A stretch of DNA of 64,000 nucleotides from Epithemia pelagica (lineage: Eukaryota > Protista > Bacillariophyta), in contig OX337236.1 in the NCBI GenBank assembly GCA_946965045.2, positions 2,852,001 to 2,916,000 of the forward strand. Direction: 5' to 3'. The notes under the pieces are model-generated. The model searched no databases, was not told the DNA's origin, and saw only the letters and a list, made by a program, of their open reading frames with translations. The first letter of the stretch is position 1; each line of letters opens with the position of its first letter. The position numbers and the translations under genes were made by a program. Positions 54,860 through 64,000 of the stretch are shown here, piece after piece.

Positions 54860-56915
54860 ATGGTGTTGCCGGGCTCCTCTCCTCCTTCGGTCACAACCAG
54901 TGGTGTTGCCTTGGCCGGTTCGACACCGGGCGGAACGATTGATTTGCACGAAGTCGCCAAGGGATGGAAGGCCGCCATTGCGCGGGCCAAGGATCCCGCC
55001 ACACGGTACGTCGTCGTCAACAACAGCACCACTAGCATGGCAGGGCACTGTTCCAGTTCCTTCTCTCCTGATGCGCGCGCACACTGTCGGTCATTGCCTC
55101 ACCGTTCCTCGCTTGTTGTTGGTGTTGTTGTTGTTGTGTTGTGTGTCCCCTCGTTGTTTTCTTCTTGTTGGTTGTTGTTGTGTGTTGTGGATATTGGGAC
55201 AGTCACGAAGCCCAAGTGAAGAATGATCGTGGTAATTTGCCCTTGCATTCGGCCGCTTCCTTTCGCGCTCCTGTGGAAGTGATTGAAGCCTTGTTGGAAG
55301 CTTATCCCGAGGCGGCCAGTTTGACCAACAATTATGGCAATTTGGCCTTGCATTTTTCCGCCTGGAAAAAGGGTCCCCTCGAATCGGAAAAGTTGCTCCT
55401 CAAAGTCTTTCCCGAAGGCGCGGCGCAAAAAAACAATCATGGCAATTTGCCCTTGCATTATGCCGCTCATTACAATGCGCCTCTCGAAGTCGTCGAGGCC
55501 TTGTATCAGGCCTATCCCGAAGGCGCGCATCAAAAAAACAATGACAACAATACGCCCTTGGATTTGGCCATTGCCGATGGGGCCAGTCCCAATGTCGTGG
55601 CCCTCTTGCGGGGTCAATCGGTGCCACCGACGGACGAGGAAGTCTTGGAGGCGGCCAAATCCAAATGCGAACGCATGGAAAAGGAATTGCAACGCAGTAT
55701 GGAACAACACGATGGCATGAAGGAAGATCGCGAAGCCGTCTTGGCCATGCTCTATGATGTCCGCGAAGCGCATCCCCATGCCCTCTATTCGGCTGGCATG
55801 GATCCCACGGCTGTGCGGGATATGGAAACCTTGTTGGAACAGGTATGTGTCGTGTGTGTGTGGAGTGTGTATATTGAGTGTGTGTGCCAACCCATGTGGA
55901 CTTACTTTATTTGGATTGGAATTCCTTTTCCTGTTCTCTCTAGGTTCGCAAGGCGTCTGCGGAAGATACTCCTCCTCCCGGTGTGAGTGACGAAGAAATT
56001 GAAGCGCAAATCATTGAAGATAGTTTGGCCCCTCCCGACGATCCCGTCGAAGGTGCCGCCTTGTCCAAATTGGTCGGCCTCGAAGTCGTCAAGGCCCAAT
56101 TGCGAGGCTTGCGTCGGACCTTGGAATGTCATGCCGGCAGTGGCGAAATTCCTGTCGCGGTCCGTCACTTGGCCTTGGTGGGCAATCCGGGCACGGGCAA
56201 ACGTTTGGTGGCCCGCATTTGGCAAAATGTCTTGTATACCATGGGCGTGGTCAATCGCCATTTTGTCGTGGCCACTCGACAAGACTTTGTCGATCGCAAA
56301 TCCGAAGCCCGGACCGTTTTCAAGACGCGTCGCGTCTTGGAACGTGCCGCCGGCGGCGTCTTGCTCATTCCCGAAGCCTATCAATTGTTGCCCTCGGCGG
56401 CCCGTCCCCGCGGTGCCGATCATGGTGCCGCCGCGCTGCGGGAATTGACTCGCGCCTTGCCGGCCGGCAATCCCATTGTCATTTTGACTGGTGTCCCCCT
56501 CGATTTGCAACGCATCTTGTCCAGTGACATTGGCTTCAAGTCGCACTTTTTGACCCGTCTCGAATTTCCCGATTTGACGCCCGAGCAAATTGCCCGCATC
56601 TTTTTGCAACACTTGACCCATGCCGGATTGGTGGCCGCCGAAGGCGTGACCGTCGAATACTTGGCGGAATTGATTGCCAGCAATACCGAACCGGACTGGC
56701 GAAGTGAACGCAATGGCAATATTGCCGAATTGCTCTTGACGGGTGTCCGAGCCGAATTGCGCAAACGACATGTCTGGGACGATACGGCCAGCAAGGGCAG
56801 TTTGTCGCCCATGAAAATATTGAGTCCCGGATCGTCCCGCATGCCCGCCTACATGCCCGAAGAAGTCTTTGTCACGGTCGAAGATGTCCAAAATGCCATT
56901 GTCGATGGCATGTAA
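54860..56915 (+). CDS. Ankyrin-repeat plus CbbX/CfxQ-like AAA+ domain protein, 3 exons
   Basis: Exons 54860-55005, 55203-55842 and 55944-56915 with phase-compatible GT-AG introns. Ankyrins GNLPLHSAA, GNLALHFSA, GNLPLHYAA and NTPLDLAI; AAA domain VGLEVVK, GNPGTGK, AAGGVLLIPEAYQL. Confidence 0.88.
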
Positions 56916-57209
56916 TACCATATTATATACCACGAACCAGAAAAAACTGTGATTTGGAAACCCACTCTTCTTGTGACAAACCACCACGCCTCACCACCAA
57001 CCACGTTTCTATTTTATCTAGTGTTTGTATTCCGTTGATGATTCCTACTACCTACTCCTTCCTAGTCTCTTTCACACACACACACAGGGGTAATAGAACC
57101 ACAATCCTCCATTCGTTGTGCTCCTATGTAGCATACGTCGTCTATGTGACTAGTTCGTCACTTGCGTCTTGCCCTCTAGTTGGGGCGTTTGGGTTCTTGC
57201 CTTCTTTCC

Positions 57210-57476
57210 ACCATCACACACACCAACACAACCCAAACGAGTCGCCGTACAACGGAGGCAATTCTTCTTCTTCTTCTTGTGTGGATTGATTGCGATCGTT
57301 CATTCCTTTCTCTCGTCTTGAGTTGTTTGTCGTTGTGCATGTTTCTGGCCGTTTTTCAACCATCACACACCAACAAGAGTCGTCCTCCTCCACAACGGAT
57401 GCAATTCTTGTGTTGATTGATTGTGGTCGCTCTTTCCTTTCTCGTCTGGTGTGTTTGTCGTTGTGGACGTTTCTGG
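57210..57476. repeat. Imperfect intergenic tandem duplication (units 57210-57348 and 57359-57476)
   Basis: Both units run ACCATCACAC..ACAACGGA.GCAATTCTT..GATTGATTG..TCTCGTCT..TGTTTGTCGTTGTG...GTTTCTGG. Confidence 0.75.
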
Positions 57477-57780
57477 AACGATTCCATGCCAGAAGAAACT
57501 CAGCCACCGTGACACGAACAGTGCGGTGGTTGCCATCCACAAAAGGAACGAGACTACCTAACGAAACAAACATGGTGTTGTCTCTGTAAATCTATACCCT
57601 CCGCCTGTCCAGGAGAGAGAGAGAGAGGCCCTGTGTACCTCACAGACTCGACACGAGCGAGCTAGCTAGGTAGGTAGGCGGCAAGAGAGAATCACCACCC
57701 CAACCAAGGCGGCCTCCCTCCAAATGCGCCAAGAATTCGACAAACTCTGCAACATGAGTTTTCCTTCTCCAGCGTTTTCC

Positions 57781-59334
57781 TCACCTCATGGCCTCTTTCT
57801 CTGCGAATTCCAAGATAATAGCTTTGGCAAGGGCATGCATGTAGGCAGGTACTGGGAAGGACTGGTTGTCGTCGCTATGTGGTACTTGAAGTTCCTTTCG
57901 TTTCTTGTCCACAAAGCGCTTGAGTCTCTGGTATCGTCCATGATAAACGTCCACAAGTCGCTTGGGGAAGAGTTCCAATTGTTCAATGGATTCAATAAAG
58001 CCATTGGCCAAAAATGAGGAACGCGGATAGACGGGTCGGCCGCCATCTCTGGAAGCAACCCATGTTTGATTGTGTACATACATGGGCACGGCCAAATTGG
58101 ACCAATCCCATAGATCCGCCAAAAAGATGGTATGGAACGGCGGTCCCAAAAGGACGGGGACACACCCGTGCACCATGGCTTCGACAAGTCGTAAGGAAGC
58201 CGAGGTGTCGCCGGGTGGTATCAAACAAAAAATGGAATCCTTCAAGCGACGCACATAACCCTCATGTCCTTCCTGCCGCGCCCCGTCGTCATTGGAAGAC
58301 TCGCACTGGGCGTCGATGGAACCAGGGAATTGGCTAGTGTTCAAGTTGGATGAGGTGAGAATCTGCACAATGTCGTGTCGCATGCGTTTCCCATACGTGC
58401 CATTGGCATCACATCCCGCCCGCATCATGAGAAAGGTGGACCGCGCCGGCTCTGGATGGATGCCACTGTCTTGTTGGCCATTTGACAGGGACTCGGCCGT
58501 GGTGACCTCTCGAACGAGCGAGTACGGGATGATATGAATGTTTGCTGTTTTCAGTAGTTTACGATAAACCATACCCTCTTCTGTAATGACAAAGGTAGCT
58601 TTCGTGACATGTTTCCTCCGGATGAAAAAATATCGTGGAAAGGAAGCCGTCCAAATCAAATTTTCCCCACCCGGTGCCATCCAAGTGTTGGAATATTTAT
58701 CGAAAAATGAATTCAGTTTGCGTAATCCCGCTTTCATGGTTTCTCCCGTGATGCGAATATTGGGGTCAGGGTGTGTGGTGGCGTCCAAGGTCCAATGCTC
58801 CGAATTTCCCCAAAAGAGCATGACCATGTCGTCCTTGGAAATGTCATTCTTGAGCATTTTTTCATTCGTCACAATCTCAAAGCCAAATGACTGGTGTAAT
58901 GTAGCAGCCAGTAACACTTGTGACAAGTGTTGTTGTTGTACGCCAGCATTGGGACTGGGATAAATTGACTTGAGTGTATTGTACACGCGTTCAAAATCCA
59001 TGTGGTTTTGATTGAGAAAGGCAGTCTCCATGACGGGAGGACGCCCCGATTCCGGTAGGGTTTGGAGGAAATAATCCACGTCAACGATAAACCCCCGAAC
59101 GTTCCGTCTCGAGTCATGGTGGTTGGGAGCAAAAGGAATGTTCCGGATATCGTGGTTGGCCTGGTAGCTCGTTTCCCAACGCAACAAGTACCACTGATTC
59201 AAGAGGAACAAAATGACTGCGAGCAATGGGCCAACAATAATGGAAAGATTCTTGGTACGTGGCCTACTTCTCGCAAGGACGGCAAATGGCTGCGAAAGCG
59301 CGCTACTCGTCGTCGTCGTTCTTCCTCCTGTCAT
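57781..59334 (-). CDS. Exostosin family (GT47) glycosyltransferase
   Basis: TM anchor after MTGGR; STFLMMRAG, YVRRLKDSIFCLIPPGDT..LRLVEAMVHGCVPVLL. ATG at 59334 preferred. Confidence 0.88.
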   Translation of the reverse strand: MTGGRTTTTSSALSQPFAVLARSRPRTKNLSIIVGPLLAVILFLLNQWYLLRWETSYQANHDIRNIPFAPNHHDSRRNVRGFIVDVDYFLQTLPESGRPPVMETAFLNQNHMDFERVYNTLKSIYPSPNAGVQQQHLSQVLLAATLHQSFGFEIVTNEKMLKNDISKDDMVMLFWGNSEHWTLDATTHPDPNIRITGETMKAGLRKLNSFFDKYSNTWMAPGGENLIWTASFPRYFFIRRKHVTKATFVITEEGMVYRKLLKTANIHIIPYSLVREVTTAESLSNGQQDSGIHPEPARSTFLMMRAGCDANGTYGKRMRHDIVQILTSSNLNTSQFPGSIDAQCESSNDDGARQEGHEGYVRRLKDSIFCLIPPGDTSASLRLVEAMVHGCVPVLLGPPFHTIFLADLWDWSNLAVPMYVHNQTWVASRDGGRPVYPRSSFLANGFIESIEQLELFPKRLVDVYHGRYQRLKRFVDKKRKELQVPHSDDNQSFPVPAYMHALAKAIILEFAEKEAMR

Positions 59335-59944
59335 TTTGGCCAAGGAGATAGTTTGCTCTTCACGACGACTTCTGGACAACCAATGCCGAACTAGCACAAG
59401 CCACGCTTCAATCGTCTCTCTCTCTCCTTTCCCGATTCTAGGAACAACCTTCGAGACGAGATTGGAAAGCTGGATGATCCTGAGAACGTCGTCAGCTAGA
59501 TGGGCATTCGATGGAGACAAAGGCGACAGAGAGAGAGAGGGAAGGGGTAAGGGGTTGTGATGAGAGATGGGATTCTTCTTCCAAAATATTGGAAGATCAT
59601 TCGTGGCTGGGGGGTGGGGGTAATCGCCCCGAAACCTGGTTATCGGCGACCCCAGATCACCTTTTCCCCCCATAAAACTTCCGCGACGCGCGCTCTGGAC
59701 TTCATCGGCGCGCGTACACTACGACTCCAACGGTCAGTCCCCCAATCCCGACCGACTTTCTTTCGAATACTTTTGGTAGTCAATTCCACAGAGTACGTTT
59801 GGGGAGTGCGTGTTGGGGACCCAAACCAAGCAGGTTTTGGTTTTAGGTTCATTCAGCAATGCTCTCTTTCCTGCAACCTGCAACCTGCAAAGGATCGATA
59901 TACCTTAAGGCACCAGAAGTCACATCGAAAGAGAGATTGGCAAC

Positions 59945-60872
59945 ATGGCATTGATTGATAGCTCTCCGTTCCAGGAGAGCAAGACACGATTCATGAAAAC
60001 ACGAGTTCTTATCGTAGTTCTGGGTCTCAGTGCCCTGGTTGGCATTGTGTATAAGGATGTATTCCTGTCCATGGTGAACGCTCCAATGATCACGGATGCA
60101 ACCACGACCGACAAGAATACGCCCGTCAGTCTCAACGCAAACATTGACCCCCAGATTCGGATCAAGCACTTTAAAGATACAGCCCTGTCGATTCAACCGG
60201 TGACCGACAAGATTGGGTATTGGACCACGGATCGTCATCGGTATCACAACATGTACGGCCAGTTTTTGTTACCTCTTGCGGCCTATAAACCAAACATGAA
60301 GTTTTTGGAAATTGGTTTGGGGTGCGACATGTTTTATGGACCTTGAGCATCCGTCAAGCTGTGGAAAACGCTCTTCCCACCCACCGTACAAGTGTGGGAG
60401 GCCGAATATCACAAGGATTGCGCCGACAAGGCCCGGTCGGAAGGTCAATTGGAGGGCATTCAAGTTGTGACGGGGGAATCAAGGTGATTTGAAAACATTG
60501 GATTCCTGGATAGAACAGACTGGTGGAAAGTTTGACGCCATTATCGATGATGGTGGTCATGAGAATTGTCAAATCCTGAATTTGTTTCACAAACTGTGGC
60601 CCGAACTCAACCCTGGTGGCTACTACTTTATCGAAGATTTGCAGGTTGGTATTGCGAGAAGCAAGACGCCGTCGAGTCAATGTACCAATGTTCCTGTTCA
60701 TGAATATATAGAGGATTGGCAAAAGCAGTTGCTCTACATAACAAGGCCGGGACATGTTAAGCCAAAGTACCCTTTGCCGAAAGATTTGTTGTTTATCCAT
60801 TGTATTGCCGAAGCATGCGTGTTCCATAAACGGACGGATGAAGTGAATCTCCCAGCTGTGAAGAAAGATTAA
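59945..60872 (+). pseudogene. SAM-dependent (sugar O-)methyltransferase with TM anchor, disrupted
   Basis: DK..HRYHNMYG, KFLEIGLGC, WEAEY and FDAIIDDGGH motifs. TGA at 60344-60346 replaces the expected G of YGPGAS, and an extra A near 60478 breaks TGDQGD. Confidence 0.75.
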
Positions 60873-61803
60873 CCGAAAATGGAGTTATGCACATGTTGGT
60901 GATTGCCATGTTTCAGTTGGCCTTTTCACGCTGAAGAAAGCGATCATTAGGAGTCCCTAAAACATCTGCACACTCTATTTTACAGCTGGCGCAGGGTGAA
61001 GAGGCCACCACAGCCATATAGCGTAGTCGCTTTGTCTACACTTGAGTCAAAAACGTTTTGTCTATCGTTCGACGGTCCGAACGAAGTCAAGACCGATCGT
61101 TCAAGAGAAAGAGAAGGCACGCCGAGTCATTCGATAGTTTAATAGGAGTATTAGTTTCTAGTAGATAGGATAGGATGGTTCGTAGATTCCAATGTGTACT
61201 GTACGTGGTTCGGTCTAGTAGGTCGAGAGGGCATGACGGGACTGAACTCGGAGCAGATCGTAGTCCTCTATTAGCAAGAATAAGTCCTTGGAATAGGACG
61301 CAAGGAAGACGACACGGAGCAATGGTGTGCTGTAGATTCACTGAATGGAGAGGATGAGTGCCTCGCCTCTTACCTACGTGAAGACCTTTGTCAAGAAGGC
61401 ATTGACTCATGTCCTGACATACTATCCTCGTGGGAAGCAAAACGTTGTGACCCAATCTCTCTCTCTCTCTCATTGACAGTGTACGAATTCCACTCTTTCT
61501 TGCAGCTACCACTCCAAGCAAAGAAATCTTTGTTCTCCTGAGGACCACCACCATCTTGGTCTTGTTTTATTCTCTGTTCTTCCGCCGCCGTCCGTCCAAA
61601 CTACCCCATTGGTTGCTGTAACCACTGATCCTGCACCGCCATCCTCTACTCCTGGTAGGTATTTCACCTCCTCCGGAATCGGTTCGTCTCCATCCTGTCC
61701 CACATGGCTGTGATGACAAGAATTCTCTCTCTCTTTCTCTCTCTCTCTATACATATCTATCTATCGTATCACACTTTGGACCGCGCATCGTTGGCAAGCG
61801 TGG

Positions 61804-63024
61804 TCATTCCTTCTTGTCGTCGCCGTCGTTGGGACAGGACCAAATACCAACGAGCGAATTGTTGGATTCGGGACAGTTGTATCGTTGAGCGACATAAAGA
61901 TTGTAGGCATGTCCCAATCGTTGCTTGGCATAAAAGTCCATGTCTACATGTCGTTGAATCGCAGGAAAGGTCAAATTGGTACCGGCCGTGACCAACGCAC
62001 GATGTGTGTCATTGAACCAACTCAATTGACGACTTTCTGCACTGGGAAATTCCAAATGGTAGCCCACCATATTGTAATCGACGGCCAAGGTGGCCGCTTG
62101 ATGGGCACAATAGTGAGCAAAACAAAAATCCAAGCCCCATCCACACCCCCCTCGGGCATGCAAAAAGGAATAAAAGCATTGCCAACTCGCTTGTGTAAAG
62201 ACTTGACAAAAGGTTTCAATACTGGACGGACGAACCAAACAGTGCCGCGTGGATCGACCTCCATACTCGGCATGAGTACTCATTTCTCCATTAATCACAT
62301 GCCACGTACAGCCCACTATGCTGGGGGAAATGGCGGACAAATTGTACTTTTCCATCGACTCCAACAATTTGGGAATGCGGACTGGATGGGGTCCAGCCGT
62401 TGGCAAGAAAATATCATCCAACAAGAGGGCAATATACTGGTACTGTTGGACGAGGGGTGGAGCCAAATATTGCAAAAAGACTCCCCAGGCCACATTGGGC
62501 GTTCGAATCACGGCACAGGCGGTCGAGTCGTGCTCCGTCGGCTGTTGCAATTGCCGCAAATGATAATCGTCTTCTGGCACAATCGATTCATCGACGTACA
62601 AAAAGGCAATGCAATCCCAATGTGCGAAATGCTGTCGTTTGTGGAACCAACTGTACTGAATCGCTTCGCGGCGACCCAACGCGTCAAATACCACCAGATT
62701 TTTGCTTCGGTTGGCAGTAACAGGATTGGGTGTCGTCCACCATGCCGGTGGAGGAGTCCAGACGGGAGGATCCACCGCGGTGTGGAGGTGGTGGTGGTGT
62801 TCTTGTTCCGTCACTTGCAGCAATCGAGCTACTTGAAGAATCACCACCACACACAAGAGCAATACCACACACGCATTGTTGTTGCAACGACGAGGCATCC
62901 ACCCGAATGGCTTGTGGTTGTTCTTATTGTCGTTGGAAGAAACCGAAAACGGTCTTGTCGTTGTCGTTGTCGTCGGCGTCGTCATGATTCGGTTTTGTCG
63001 TGCCGTTCTCGTCGTAGTCCTCAC
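61804..63024 (-). CDS. DUF707-like putative glycosyltransferase, type II membrane protein
   Basis: TM anchor; HWDCIAFLY, YQYIALLLDDIFL, MEKYNLSAISPSI, IETFCQVFTQASWQC and CGWGLDF match the DUF707 pattern. Confidence 0.7.
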   Translation of the reverse strand: MRTTTRTARQNRIMTTPTTTTTTRPFSVSSNDNKNNHKPFGWMPRRCNNNACVVLLLCVVVILQVARLLQVTEQEHHHHLHTAVDPPVWTPPPAWWTTPNPVTANRSKNLVVFDALGRREAIQYSWFHKRQHFAHWDCIAFLYVDESIVPEDDYHLRQLQQPTEHDSTACAVIRTPNVAWGVFLQYLAPPLVQQYQYIALLLDDIFLPTAGPHPVRIPKLLESMEKYNLSAISPSIVGCTWHVINGEMSTHAEYGGRSTRHCLVRPSSIETFCQVFTQASWQCFYSFLHARGGCGWGLDFCFAHYCAHQAATLAVDYNMVGYHLEFPSAESRQLSWFNDTHRALVTAGTNLTFPAIQRHVDMDFYAKQRLGHAYNLYVAQRYNCPESNNSLVGIWSCPNDGDDKKE

Positions 63025-63371
63025 GTGGAGGAAAGAATAATCCAGGACTTGAATGAACCAGGGTTGTTACCGTGTGTTCGAGGACTCCTCTCATTGAGAA
63101 GAACAGGGAGAGATGAATGATGAATTGCTCCGTCCACGATTTACACCAATGCGATAAAAAAAACACAGTGCTGCCACATGTACCCGCTAGAGGGTATCGC
63201 CGACCGACGATAACCCACGCGCGTACGTTGCTACATGCGACCGATTGCTTGCGTCTTCATTCGACTCCCTGGCGTCTCGCGCATTGGTTCATGGTTCATC
63301 ATCACACCACCACAACCAGCACCTGTTGGTGGACAAAGCACAACCACCATTCGTCGTCTTGGAGAAGAAGA

Positions 63372-64000
63372 ATGATGATAATGAAGAAACAACGAGCCGG
63401 ACTCTTGGTTATGATTGGATTTACCATTTTGAATGGTTTCATGGTACTCCTCCAACTCCATGGAAGTGCCACGATACAGACTCGAACACAAGCATCCTAC
63501 CTCCATCTTTCGACAACTTCTTCTTCCTCATGTTTGTGGCCTTGGTCTTCTTCTTCTTCCTCTTCTTCTCGTGAAGTTGTCGTTGAATCTCTTTCCTTGC
63601 GTCAAGAGGCCATGGAATTGGCCGAACTACGACAAGCTGAATTGGACTATTGGACGCAGGGTTGCAACGCATTTATTACGTCAATTTGGACAAAAATGTC
63701 CAGCGTCGTAAGCAAATGGAAGACCAATTGCAAAAACTCGAGCCGTCCATTCCCTATTCTCGTGTTCCCGCCATGAGAGGTACGTCCAATGGAAATGCCT
63801 GCATTAAAGGATTGCAGGATCCCGATCGATGCATGGGTGTGTCTGGTTTGTCTCGGACCATGGTGAAAATTATGGATACGCAAAATGTGACGGGTTTAAC
63901 CTTGGTGTTGGAAGATGTTTTTGTGTTGGGAACCAACTTGACCAAAATTCATCAAGCACTGTCCATGGTACCGGACGATTGGGACCTTATTCGGTTTACC
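63372..64000 (+). CDS. Glycosyltransferase family 25-like type II membrane protein, runs off the window, apparent frameshift
   Basis: TM anchor from ATG 63372. After a one-base shift in the G run near 63660: RIYYVNLDKNVQRRKQME..YSRVPAMRG..LVLEDVF, a GT25 pattern. Confidence 0.65.

Noticed and set aside
1-64000. tRNA, rRNA or other structured ncRNA genes
   Set aside because: None recognised by eye; tRNAscan-SE or Infernal would be needed to exclude them.

Overview
Eukaryotic genomic DNA, most likely from a pennate diatom. This is inferred from a CoDi-type Ty1/copia element, an Ambal-like LINE, a class C GPCR, short GT-AG introns and poly-T/Q/S low-complexity proteins; no database search was possible. 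The left 40 kb is rich in transposons. It holds two MITE-like DNA elements and a 6.2-kb Ty1/copia element with an intact gag-pol. It also holds a dead full-size ABC transporter gene split by three insertions totalling about 18.9 kb: a Pack-MULE-like element, a 6.4-kb GPCR-carrying block and a full-length LINE. The right 24 kb is gene-dense: a triple-KH protein, GT32, eIF3L, Cwf18, a CENP-B-type HTH protein and an ankyrin-CbbX-like AAA protein. It ends in four adjacent glycan-modifying genes (GT47, O-methyltransferase, DUF707, GT25). The strongest candidate for a new system is the copia primer-binding site (7409-7422). It is not a tRNA site but is the exact 14-nt reverse complement of a sequence in the element's own LTR, placed right behind an initiator-like motif. 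The R-U5 segment between them folds into an extended hairpin. This is the architecture of Tf1-type self-primed reverse transcription, which I know only from Ty3/gypsy elements.
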